Notes under the pieces: generated by a model
What the model saw: only the letters and a program-made list of their open reading frames with translations
Databases searched by the model: none
Told to the model about the DNA's origin: nothing
NCBI GenBank assembly: GCA_965277285.1
Contig: OZ255721.1
Span: 2,304,001-2,368,000 of the forward strand
Source of the DNA: Abditibacteriaceae bacterium
GTDB taxonomy: Bacteria > Armatimonadota > Abditibacteriia > Abditibacteriales > Abditibacteriaceae
DNA length: 64,000 nucleotides
Direction of reading: 5' to 3'
Position numbers and translations under genes: made by a program
Shown here: positions 12,401-21,000 of the stretch, in pieces
How the letters are laid out: each line of letters begins with the position of its first letter
Numbering within the stretch: the stretch's first letter is position 1

Positions 12401-15400
12401 GACCAACGTCTGGATTGCGGGCAAAGATTTGGACACCACGCAGTTCCGCTTGCAAGGCGTGACGATTGTGCTGGACAAGCGCAGTTATCAGGAAGGCGAA
12501 ACGTTGCGCGCCTTGATTGTCGCCGATCAGCCGGACACGACAGTCTTGTTTACGCAGGAAGCGGGCGGCGATATTTTGAAGCGCCAACTGATTCACATCA
12601 GTGGCAAAAGCGAGGTTGTCGAAATTCCGATTGAACACAAGCACGTCCCCAACTTTTCGTTGGCGGCGGCGCTGGTGAAGAACTACGAGGTTTATCAGGA
12701 TCAGGAAGACGTTTTCGTGCCGCCGGTTCAGCAGCTCATCAACGTTTCGGTCAAGGGCGACAAAGACGAATATAAGCCGGGCGAAACCGGAACTTTCACC
12801 GTCACCGCGACCGATTGGAAAGGTCGTCCGGCGCGCGCCGAAGTTTCGCTCGCCTTGATTGATGCCAGTTTGTTCTACATCCAGAAAAACTACGCGCCCG
12901 ATGTGCGTACTTTTTATTACGGCGAGCGCCGCGCCAATAGCGTCAACTTGGATTCGAGCCGCAGCGGGCAAGTGCAAGCTCAAAACGAAGACGATAATGC
13001 GTATGGCAAATACGACCAGCACAACTGGGAATTGCCTGATGGTTTGGGGCAATTGAACCTCGATCCCGCTGGCTGGAGTTATTACGGATATTACAGAGAT
13101 TATGACGGCGCGCCTGGCGGACTTCGCGCTCGTCGCGGCGCTGTGATGGTGGCTGGGAATATGGCTGAAGATTCGGTGTCATCATCGCCATCTGCGGCTC
13201 CGGCCATGCCAGCGATGTCGGTTGCGAAGGCATCAGGCGGGGCACGCTCTCCGATTCTCGCCGACATTCCCTTAAACGGCGCGTTGTTTCGCTCCAAGCT
13301 TGCTGACCGCGACGAATCGGGCCATGGAAATGGATTGGTCGCGGCGCAAACGCGCAGCAACTTCGCTGAAACCGCGTTCTGGTCGCCCGCCGTCGTCACC
13401 GATAATGGAAGCGCGACCGTCAAAGTGACGTTTCCCGATTCGCTGACGCAATGGCACGCCACAGCGCGCGGCCTGACTGAGAAAACGCAAGTCGGCAGCG
13501 GCGAAAGCGATGTCGAAACCAAAAAGAACTTGCTCGTTCGCCTACAATCTCCGCGCTTCTTCACGCAACGCGACCAGGTTGTTCTTTCGGCCAACGTTCA
13601 CAACTACTTGAAAACCGACAAGCAAGTGAAAGTCTCGCTCGATCTGGGCGATGGCTTGAAACTGAGCAACCCAGCCGGAACGCGCGATGTTGCACTAACG
13701 GATTCCTCGGCGACGGACAGCACCACTTTGATGAATACGTCCGGTTTCGTCACCGTCAAAGCAGGTCAGGAAATGCGCGTCAATTGGCTGGTCGATGCGA
13801 CGCAAGATGGCACGTCGAAAATCAAGATGACGGCGCAAACTGATGAAGAATCGGATGCGGTGGAGATGAGTTTTCCGGTTGTTGTGCATGGCGTGCAGCG
13901 TTTCGCCAATCAAAGCGGCGTCTTGCGCGATGGCACCAAACAAGTCATCGACATCAACATTCCCAAAGAACGTCGCCTGGGTGCCAGCACGTTGAATGTT
14001 CAACTGAACCCGAGTTTGGCAGCCACGATGTTGGACGCGCTGCCGTATCTCGCGGATTATCCGTATGGCTGCGTCGAGCAAACTATGTCGCGCTTTTTGC
14101 CGACCGTTGTCGCCGAAAGGACGCTCAAAGAAAGTGGCGTCAATCTCGACACGTTGCGCCAGCGCGCGCAGGCTTACAAAGCGGAATCGAGTACTCGACC
14201 GCTGGGCGAGCGCATCAAAAACACGGGTTACACGTATCCGACGGGAATGCCGAACTCGCGCGACCTGACGCAAATGGCCAGTCAAATGTGGTTCTGGGGA
14301 CGCACCAATAACCCAATTTACGACAAAGCCACGATGGACAAAATGACCGCCGATGGCTTGAGCCGCCTGTATGAAATGCAGCGCGACGATGGCGGCTGGG
14401 GTTGGTGGCCGGGTTCCGAAGAGAGCGACGAATATATGTCGGCTTACGTCGTTTACGGTCTGACAACGGCGAAAGCGGCGGGCGTTGGCGTCAAAGACGA
14501 TGTGTTGAACAAAGGTTACGATTACCTCGAGGCGCACATCAAAACCGAAGACAACCTGCATTTGCTGGCGTATATGGCGTTCAGCCTGTCACAGCGCGGA
14601 CATTATTCCAAAGCGACGCAAACCATCATCAGCGGGCGCGTTTACGATCAGCGCGAGCGTTTGACGGCTTATTCCAAAGCGTTGCTGGCCTTGACGCTGC
14701 AAAATACCGGCGAAACGGACAAAGCGCAAGTCTTGATTCGCAACCTGGAAAACATCGCCAAAATCGACGAAGAAAACGGCACGGTGCGCTACAAAACTGG
14801 CGCCGATTGGTGGAACTGGTGGAACAACGATGTCGAAACAACTGCTTACGTTCTGCGCGCGTTTTTGAAGATTGAACCACAAAACCGCCTGACGCCGATG
14901 CTGGCGAAATGGCTGGTCACCAACGCACGCGGCAACCATTGGAACTCGACCAAGGAAACCGCCGAAGTCGTTTACGCGCTTTCCGATTATGTGCGCGTCA
15001 ACAAGGAGTTGGACGTTGATTACACTTTGAACGTCAGTTTGAACGGCAAAATCGCGCGCACTTACAAAGTCAACCGCGACAATGCCTTGTTCTTCGATAA
15101 CCGCTTCATGGCGGGCGATTTGTTCCTGCAAGACGGCGTCAACACGGTCACAATTGAAAAGCAAGGTCGCGGCGTCGTCTATTGGAGCGCGGCCAGCGAA
15201 TACTTTTCGCTGGAAGAACCGATTCAGGCGAGCGGCAACGAAATCGGCATCAAGCGCCGCTATTTCAAGCTGACGCACAACCCGAAAGTCAAAGCCGAAC
15301 AGCCAGCTGACAGTGACCAGTCGTCAGTGGTCGGTGAAGAACCGACGGTGAAATCGAGTACTCAAATCGTGCCGACTTCCGACCAAACGGCAACCGAACC

Positions 15401-15776
15401 GGAGTTTCTGCGCAGCGAACTCAAGGACGGCGACACCTTGAAGAGCGGCGATCTGGTCGAAGTCGAACTGACTTTGACCTCGAAAAACGATTATTCGTAT
15501 CTCGTTTTCGAGGATATGAAAGCTGCCGGTTTCGAGCCGGTTGATGTACGCAGCGGCGAAAGTTGGGGCGACGGCTTGAGTTCCAACGTCGAGTTGCGCG
15601 ATGAAAAAGTCGCGTTCTTCGTGGACGATTTGCCGCAGGGCACACGCGTTCTTCGTTATCAAGTGCGCGCCGAGATTCCGGGACAATTCCACGCTTTGCC
15701 GACCAACGGCTACGCGATGTATGCGCCCGAAGTCCGCGCCATCTCCGACGAAATGCGCTTAAACGTCACCGATTGA
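9474..15776 (+). CDS. Bacterial alpha-2-macroglobulin family protein (about 2100 aa)
   Basis: Signal peptide, TPR-like N-terminus, YTDRPVYRP, FRVEEYKRPEF, FPDSLTQW, thioester motif PYGCVEQ. Confidence 0.93.
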   Translation: MNIPSLNTPTKKWKNALLTTLACAAICTGSQNAQARRVIFRPAQPATSSTTMPRDQVSTGNPEADRAWNEGSYARALTLYQAAMKNGGSDEIEYRVAVCLGKTEDWDNAIAAGEALIAKNTQQKARALYWLGRLYTVVPHEGYQVGNRIYRGEDYPVIKGAEKPQQISTDDTDAKKTLSYFEQAKLQAQKDRYLMSVAKFRTAPRFLSTAEENDLNFDLAAWLPTQQFDDFIKDLEAGKNLGAMVDANANYDTTWNLPTKVLYLYNQIRVLDNGQTEQSPLSLFAKGLFVRAYRQRMDQWAPKYDDVKKQTIVRPYPFDKLDAIPIWEQLVRDFPSSSVADKTQFTIAQTWQQRNDQVKSLVAYHRVLELFPKSKWTSDARAQIQQITKHEISIYSQTAQKPGVAATFNLSTRNLKTIRFAAYKIRLEDVLTQTAKLNNGSTHFTSFAENFGAIDAAQKAAGAPVANWTFNAKDKGDYQGTTETISSPLKNLGAYLVVAQSDSVKTAQIVVISDLMLLKKTDRDSAFVYVADAASGQPISGANVVLKESYWQDSAYKADWKKGASDAQGFYDKKSIRSASIYNTQVEGFAWMGDRYALTGQTYNGYYGDNTAEMKIYSYTDRPVYRPSQKVYFRQILTQRIADAQANSETVGDQQPAKNVKVEVTVSNPKGETIYDKTLTTSEFGTINGDFDLPDGAPLGEYSIQAQVPQTNQYVAASGGNRFRVEEYKRPEFQVSVDAPDHAVRPGETVAAKINAKYYFGAPVPNATVKYTVRRSTWWASYQFPTPYDWLWSYWGTGDYDTGRRNIGGEGSGTIVKEGTVKTDNEGNAEVNFTATEDKTTVDPNDWWRRYQNPLYTIEASVTDQSRRTIEGQGEVRLSKQQYFAFLNTKGGFFQQGDRVPVEIRIQDANDKPLAANGKMVVYKELLGDKEDRVLESPISIDKSGAAFWTWNNDQGGQFRIAYEATDAWGNKVEASTNVWIAGKDLDTTQFRLQGVTIVLDKRSYQEGETLRALIVADQPDTTVLFTQEAGGDILKRQLIHISGKSEVVEIPIEHKHVPNFSLAAALVKNYEVYQDQEDVFVPPVQQLINVSVKGDKDEYKPGETGTFTVTATDWKGRPARAEVSLALIDASLFYIQKNYAPDVRTFYYGERRANSVNLDSSRSGQVQAQNEDDNAYGKYDQHNWELPDGLGQLNLDPAGWSYYGYYRDYDGAPGGLRARRGAVMVAGNMAEDSVSSSPSAAPAMPAMSVAKASGGARSPILADIPLNGALFRSKLADRDESGHGNGLVAAQTRSNFAETAFWSPAVVTDNGSATVKVTFPDSLTQWHATARGLTEKTQVGSGESDVETKKNLLVRLQSPRFFTQRDQVVLSANVHNYLKTDKQVKVSLDLGDGLKLSNPAGTRDVALTDSSATDSTTLMNTSGFVTVKAGQEMRVNWLVDATQDGTSKIKMTAQTDEESDAVEMSFPVVVHGVQRFANQSGVLRDGTKQVIDINIPKERRLGASTLNVQLNPSLAATMLDALPYLADYPYGCVEQTMSRFLPTVVAERTLKESGVNLDTLRQRAQAYKAESSTRPLGERIKNTGYTYPTGMPNSRDLTQMASQMWFWGRTNNPIYDKATMDKMTADGLSRLYEMQRDDGGWGWWPGSEESDEYMSAYVVYGLTTAKAAGVGVKDDVLNKGYDYLEAHIKTEDNLHLLAYMAFSLSQRGHYSKATQTIISGRVYDQRERLTAYSKALLALTLQNTGETDKAQVLIRNLENIAKIDEENGTVRYKTGADWWNWWNNDVETTAYVLRAFLKIEPQNRLTPMLAKWLVTNARGNHWNSTKETAEVVYALSDYVRVNKELDVDYTLNVSLNGKIARTYKVNRDNALFFDNRFMAGDLFLQDGVNTVTIEKQGRGVVYWSAASEYFSLEEPIQASGNEIGIKRRYFKLTHNPKVKAEQPADSDQSSVVGEEPTVKSSTQIVPTSDQTATEPEFLRSELKDGDTLKSGDLVEVELTLTSKNDYSYLVFEDMKAAGFEPVDVRSGESWGDGLSSNVELRDEKVAFFVDDLPQGTRVLRYQVRAEIPGQFHALPTNGYAMYAPEVRAISDEMRLNVTD

Positions 15777-15893
15777 TTGTAGGGGTTTGGCGCGCCAAAC
15801 CCGACGTACACAATATCGAGTACTCGAAACACGATGAGATCGGCTGCGGCTGGTCTCATCGTGTTGTGTTTTGTGATAATTGCGGACACACTC

Positions 15894-15964
15894 CAGAACC
15901 CCGAACGTAAGTGAGGGGCTAACGTAGCATTGATTTTAGCCCCTCACTTACGTTCGGGGTTCTG
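15894..15964. repeat. REP-like hairpin family A, copy 2
   Basis: CAGAACCCCGAACGTAAGTGAGGGGCTAA...TTAGCCCCTCACTTACGTTCGGGGTTCTG perfect arms. Confidence 0.88.
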
Positions 15965-16056
15965 CAATGTGCCTTCCTCCTGCGACTGCTTCATTGCCCA
16001 AAGTCAGTGTTTGAAATATAAAACAATTGTCAAATCAAAGTACGAGGAATCATTTC

Positions 16057-17337
16057 ATGTTGGTTTTACCTGATGAAAAAAGTGCAAACCGGTTGGATGT
16101 CGAGGCCTCAGACGACGCACAAAAATGGCAGTTGGTGTGGTCGGATGAGTTCGATCAGCCAGGCGCAATTGACCCTGATAAATGGACGTGGGAAATTGGC
16201 GGCGGCGGTTGGGGCAATAACGAATCGCAATATTATACCGACAATCGACCTGCAAACTGTCGCGTCGAGATGTTTCCCGATGGCAAAAACAGCCGCTTAG
16301 TTATCGAGGCGCGCAAAGAATCGTTTGAAGGCAAAAACTATACATCGGCGCGTTTGAAAAGCGTGGGCAACTGGGCTTATGGGCGTCTGGAAGTACGCGC
16401 GAAATTGCCGACGGGACGCGGCTTGTGGCCAGCGATTTGGATGCTACCGACCGAGTGGAGTTATGGCAACGGCGGCTGGCCCGACAACGGCGAAATCGAT
16501 ATCATGGAGCAAATCGGGCTGGAGCCAAATACGATTCACGCGACCGTGCATACCAAACTTTTCAACCACAACATCAGCACGCAAGTCGGAACGCAGACGA
16601 TTGTCGAAACCGCCACCAGCGACTTCAATACTTACGTTTTGGAATGGCGTCCGCATCAAATCGCTATGTTCGTGAACGACCTGCGCTATTTCACCTTCGA
16701 CCGCCAGGGGCGCGATTGGCAAGCGTTTCCCTTCGATAAGAACTTTGGGCTGCTCCTCAACATCGCAGTTGGCGGCAACTGGGGCGGCAAAAAAGGCATC
16801 GACGACACAGTTTTTCCACAACGCATGGAAGTGGAATATGTGCGCTTTTACAAGATGGTTTCGACACCTTTTGGCGCGATGCCGATTCATTTGCCAGGAC
16901 GAATCGAAGCCGCACAATACGACAATGGCAGCGAAGGTTTCGCTTTTCACAATGCGGATTTTATTGATAGCAGCGAACAATTACTGGCAACGGATGTAAA
17001 TAGCAAGGTCAATCGAGACGACAATTCCGGCCAACATATCGCCAGAATGGACACCGACGATTGGCTGACTTATTCCGTTGATGTCGCCAAAAGCGCCGAT
17101 TATGGTTTCACTTTTTGTGTCAGCAGCCCTTATGACGAAAAAGCCTTTTACATCGAAGTGGACGACAAGCGCGCCACGCCCGACATCACGGTTCCCAATA
17201 CCGGCGGTTGGGGCGAATGGCAAAGCGTTTCCTGCGACAAAGTTCACCTGATGCAAGGCGCCCACAAAATTCGCCTGGTATCGCAAACCGATGGCTACAA
17301 CCTGAACTGGATCGACGTTTGGGACGCTGAATCTTAA
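16057..17337 (+). CDS. GH16 beta-glucanase with C-terminal CBM6-like module
   Basis: WSDEF, GWGNNE, WPAIWML, catalytic EIDIME; C-terminal PNTGGWGEW. Confidence 0.9.
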   Translation: MLVLPDEKSANRLDVEASDDAQKWQLVWSDEFDQPGAIDPDKWTWEIGGGGWGNNESQYYTDNRPANCRVEMFPDGKNSRLVIEARKESFEGKNYTSARLKSVGNWAYGRLEVRAKLPTGRGLWPAIWMLPTEWSYGNGGWPDNGEIDIMEQIGLEPNTIHATVHTKLFNHNISTQVGTQTIVETATSDFNTYVLEWRPHQIAMFVNDLRYFTFDRQGRDWQAFPFDKNFGLLLNIAVGGNWGGKKGIDDTVFPQRMEVEYVRFYKMVSTPFGAMPIHLPGRIEAAQYDNGSEGFAFHNADFIDSSEQLLATDVNSKVNRDDNSGQHIARMDTDDWLTYSVDVAKSADYGFTFCVSSPYDEKAFYIEVDDKRATPDITVPNTGGWGEWQSVSCDKVHLMQGAHKIRLVSQTDGYNLNWIDVWDAES

Positions 17338-17415
17338 ACATTTGCGAAGACAAGGAAAAACGGGACGATTGATTTGGTCGTCCCGCTTTCTGCTATGTGG
17401 CGCTAAACTATCGCC

Positions 17416-19368
17416 ATGAAAATCGCGCCAATTGTCACTTTTATTTTGTTGCTCGGCACATCGAGTACTCGATTGCTTGCCACGCCTGAACCGGCGCAGC
17501 GCGCGGACGATTTCGTAGATCGCATCGGCGTGGCGACGCACTGGGGTTATGGCGATACGCCGTATGGTTTCGCTTATGGCAGCGTGAAAAAACTGCTGGG
17601 CGACAGTGGCATTCGTCATATGCGCGATGACCTGCAGCCGCGCGAACGCGACTTGTTCAACACTTATGGCATCAAGGCGACGACACTTTTCGCGCCGCCA
17701 GAAAAGCCTTCCAATGTCGTCGCTCGTGTCAAGCAGAACCTCGATTTTATCGAGATGATCGAAGGGCCGAATGAAGTCGATATTTTTCCTAACAATGCCA
17801 AATACAACGGCAAAACGTTTCCACAAGGCGCCATTGATTTTCAAAACGACTTGTTCAAAGCGTTGCGCAACGATCCACAAACGAGCAAGCTGCCGATTAT
17901 CGCGCTTTCGGTGGCACGCATGGGATCGAATGGAAAACTGGCGCCGTTGCGCAGTTTCGATTATCTGGCGATGCACTCGTATGCGGGCGGACAAATGCCG
18001 TCGCGCAGCTTGCATGGCGATTTCGCGCCGGCCACGCAAAACGCCGCGCAGATATTGGGCAATGGCGCCGACATCAAACCTGTCGTCGTCACCGAAAGCG
18101 GTTATCACACGGCCACAGGCGCCAATTTGACGATAGGCGGTGTGCAGCCCGGCGTGTCGGAACAGGCGGAGGCGAAATACCTTCCGCGCCATTTCGCCGA
18201 ATACTTCAACGAAGGCATTCGGCGTACTTTTACTTACGAGTTTGTTGATGAATTTCCCGATGAAAGCACCAACGCTGAGGCCAGTTTCGGCATCATACAC
18301 CGCGATTTGACGCCCAAACCAGCCTATTCTGCGTTAAAACGATTGATCTCGGTTTTGCATGAAGCGACCTGGAACGCAGCCACGAAACAATGGACGAAAC
18401 CCGCGTTTGTGCCGCACGCTTTAGACTACGACTTGAGCGACGATACCAAAAACGTTCATCATACTCTGTTGCAAAAAGCCGATGGAACGTTCTATTTGCT
18501 GTTGTGGCAGGAAGTTTCGAGCTACGACACGCGCGCTCAAAAAGATATTTCCAACACGCCGGTCGCAGTCACGCTGAAATTGAGTACTCGAATCGCCAGC
18601 GCGACGGCTTTTGGCATCGGTGAAACGACCAATCCGCAAGAAAATTGGCGCGATCCGCAAACGATTTCGCTGCGTGTTCCCGACGAAGTTTTGGTGGTCG
18701 AACTGAAACCTCAAAAAGTGCCGTCGCTCATCAACATGGCGAACGCCGCGCCGCGCGATTTGAGGGCGACAAGCGCCAGCGGAACTTCGATTTCGCTGAA
18801 CTGGAAAACGTCTTCGTTGGCGCGCAATGGCGGCGGTTATTTCGTGTGGCGCCTGGGAAAATATGTCGGACAAACCTCGACGCCAGGTTTCATCGACAGC
18901 AGCTTGATTCCGGGCGCGGGCTACACATATTCGGTTCAAGCCTATGATAAAGCGGGACGCCTTTCGCCGCTCGTGACAAGAGTTTTGCGCACGAAAAACG
19001 AAAGTCCTGACTTGATTGCAACCGATATTTCGTGGACGCCGCTGCACCCGAAAATCGGTGACAATGTAACGTTTCGCGCGACCGTGAAGAACATCGGCAA
19101 CGGCGCGACGCCATCGGGAACAACGCTTGGAATCGCGTTTTATGTGGACGGCACGTTCGTCAGTTGGTCGGACACCTTCCACGATGCGCTGGCGTCTGGC
19201 GCGATTCGAGTACTCGATGCAAACTCCGGGCCGCAGGGAACTTCTCTCTGGAAAGCTACAGCCGGAGCGCATACTGTTCGCGCGCAAGTGGATGACGTAA
19301 ACCGTATCATCGAAAACGACGAAACCAACAACACGCTGGAGAAAACGCTGATCGTCGGCACCAACTGA
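17416..19368 (+). CDS. Secreted putative clan GH-A glycoside hydrolase with FN3 and CARDB domains
   Basis: Signal peptide, EGPNE and VTESGY acid/nucleophile-like motifs, YTYSVQAYDKAG (FN3), PDL...VKNIG...VDDVNRIIENDETNN (CARDB). Confidence 0.75.
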   Translation: MKIAPIVTFILLLGTSSTRLLATPEPAQRADDFVDRIGVATHWGYGDTPYGFAYGSVKKLLGDSGIRHMRDDLQPRERDLFNTYGIKATTLFAPPEKPSNVVARVKQNLDFIEMIEGPNEVDIFPNNAKYNGKTFPQGAIDFQNDLFKALRNDPQTSKLPIIALSVARMGSNGKLAPLRSFDYLAMHSYAGGQMPSRSLHGDFAPATQNAAQILGNGADIKPVVVTESGYHTATGANLTIGGVQPGVSEQAEAKYLPRHFAEYFNEGIRRTFTYEFVDEFPDESTNAEASFGIIHRDLTPKPAYSALKRLISVLHEATWNAATKQWTKPAFVPHALDYDLSDDTKNVHHTLLQKADGTFYLLLWQEVSSYDTRAQKDISNTPVAVTLKLSTRIASATAFGIGETTNPQENWRDPQTISLRVPDEVLVVELKPQKVPSLINMANAAPRDLRATSASGTSISLNWKTSSLARNGGGYFVWRLGKYVGQTSTPGFIDSSLIPGAGYTYSVQAYDKAGRLSPLVTRVLRTKNESPDLIATDISWTPLHPKIGDNVTFRATVKNIGNGATPSGTTLGIAFYVDGTFVSWSDTFHDALASGAIRVLDANSGPQGTSLWKATAGAHTVRAQVDDVNRIIENDETNNTLEKTLIVGTN

Positions 19369-19374
19369 AATGCC

Positions 19375-20172
19375 ATGACCAAACCTTTTCTCGTCGCGGC
19401 CTTTTACAAATTCGTCGCGCTGTCCGATGTCGAGACTCTGCGACAATCGTTGCGAGAATTGTGTGAAGAAAACGCGATTTGCGGCACGATTTTGTTGGCG
19501 CACGAAGGCATCAATGCCACAGTTTCAGGCCATGAACAATCGCTGCATCGAGTACTCGAAGTGTTGCAAAACAACGCACAAATCGGCGCATTAAACATCA
19601 AGTTCTCAGCGCACGACGAACAACCGTTTGCGCGCTTGAAAGTGAAAATCAAACCGGAAATTGTGACCTTGGGACTTCCCGCAATCAGCCCGACCAAAGC
19701 TGTCGGAACTTATATCAAACCCCAAAGCTGGAACGAACTGATCGCTGATCCCGAAGTTTTGGTTCTCGATACGCGCAATGCTTACGAAGTCGAGGTCGGC
19801 ACTTTCGAGAACGCGCTGAATCCGCAGACAAAATCGTTTCGCCAGTTTCCAAAGTTCGTCGCAGATAACTTGCAAACGAGCAAGCAGAAACGCATTGCGA
19901 TGTTTTGCACTGGCGGCATTCGCTGCGAAAAAGCGTCCGCGCTGTTGCTGGAACAAGGCTTCGAGAACGTTTATCATCTTGAAGGCGGCATCTTGAAGTA
20001 TCTCGAAGAAGTTGCGCCGGACGAAAGTTTGTTCAACGGCGAATGTTTCGTGTTCGATGAACGCGTCGCGCTCGACCACGAATTGCAACGCGGACAATTT
20101 GTCTTGTGCGCAAAATGTGGCCAGCCGGTGCAGGAAGGCGAAACGCTGTGCGAAGGATGCCGCCAATTATGA
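19375..20172 (+). CDS. trhO: Rhodanese-related UPF0176 protein (tRNA U34 hydroxylase TrhO-like)
   Basis: GTILLAHEGINAT, LDTRNAYE, MFCTGGIRCEKA, LEGGILKY, CFVFDERV. Confidence 0.88.
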   Translation: MTKPFLVAAFYKFVALSDVETLRQSLRELCEENAICGTILLAHEGINATVSGHEQSLHRVLEVLQNNAQIGALNIKFSAHDEQPFARLKVKIKPEIVTLGLPAISPTKAVGTYIKPQSWNELIADPEVLVLDTRNAYEVEVGTFENALNPQTKSFRQFPKFVADNLQTSKQKRIAMFCTGGIRCEKASALLLEQGFENVYHLEGGILKYLEEVAPDESLFNGECFVFDERVALDHELQRGQFVLCAKCGQPVQEGETLCEGCRQL

Positions 20173-20852
20173 TAATCAAGCCGCATTCCAAACTTCTTTT
20201 CATTGGCGCGTCCGTCACCGATTGTGGGCGAGATCGCGCCATGCGCCAAAACTTCGTCGATGCGACCGACTTTGACGCGAGCGAAAACAACGCGCTGGGC
20301 AACGGCTACGTTTATTTCGTTGATGCTTTGCTTGGCTCGCAGCCTATCGAGTACTCGATTCAGGTTGTCAACAAAGGTAACGGTGGCGAAACCAGCCGCG
20401 ATGTGCGCGCTCGCTGGCAACGCGATGTCTTGGATTTGCAACCCGACTGGGTTTCTCTGATGATCGGCGTCAACGACATTTGGCGGCGCTTCGACAGTCC
20501 GCAGCAACCCGAATTAGCTGTGTCATTGGATGAATATGAAGCCAATATCCGCGACGTTGTGAAACGCACGCGTCCGCACGTCAAAGGCTTTCTCTTGGCG
20601 ACGCCGTTCTTTCTCGAGCCATCGCACGACGATGCAATGCGCGCCCAATTCGATTTGTATCACGAAGTTTTGCGCAGGATTGCGCGCGAAGAAGACGCCA
20701 TTTTCGTTGATATTCAAGCCGCTTTTGATCGAGTACTCGAAACGCGTCCTTCGACAACTTTAGCGCCCGACCGCATTCATCCCAATCACGTTGGGCACAT
20801 GATCGCGGCTCGCGCGTGGCTCGAAGCCGTCGACTTCCGCTGGAGAAAATAG
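20169..20852 (+). CDS. SGNH/GDSL hydrolase
   Basis: FIGASVTD, NKGNGG, MIGVND, DRIHP blocks. Confidence 0.9.
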   Translation: MIIKPHSKLLFIGASVTDCGRDRAMRQNFVDATDFDASENNALGNGYVYFVDALLGSQPIEYSIQVVNKGNGGETSRDVRARWQRDVLDLQPDWVSLMIGVNDIWRRFDSPQQPELAVSLDEYEANIRDVVKRTRPHVKGFLLATPFFLEPSHDDAMRAQFDLYHEVLRRIAREEDAIFVDIQAAFDRVLETRPSTTLAPDRIHPNHVGHMIAARAWLEAVDFRWRK

Positions 20853-20956
20853 CCACAAAAAACACAGAGAACACAAAGAAAAGAAAGATTGATCCCTCGA
20901 TGAGTGAAACTCTTTCTTTGAAGCCTTTTTGTGTTCTCTGTGCTCTTTGTGGCTAT
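20849..20956. repeat. MITE-like element with 9-nt-period terminal inverted repeats (ATAGCCACAAA...TTTGTGGCTAT)
   Basis: Near-identical to 23974-24063 in the opposite orientation. Confidence 0.85.
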
Positions 20957-21000
20957 TTGTTGTTTCTGACGAGCGGCTTTTACATTCTATAAGGAGAACC

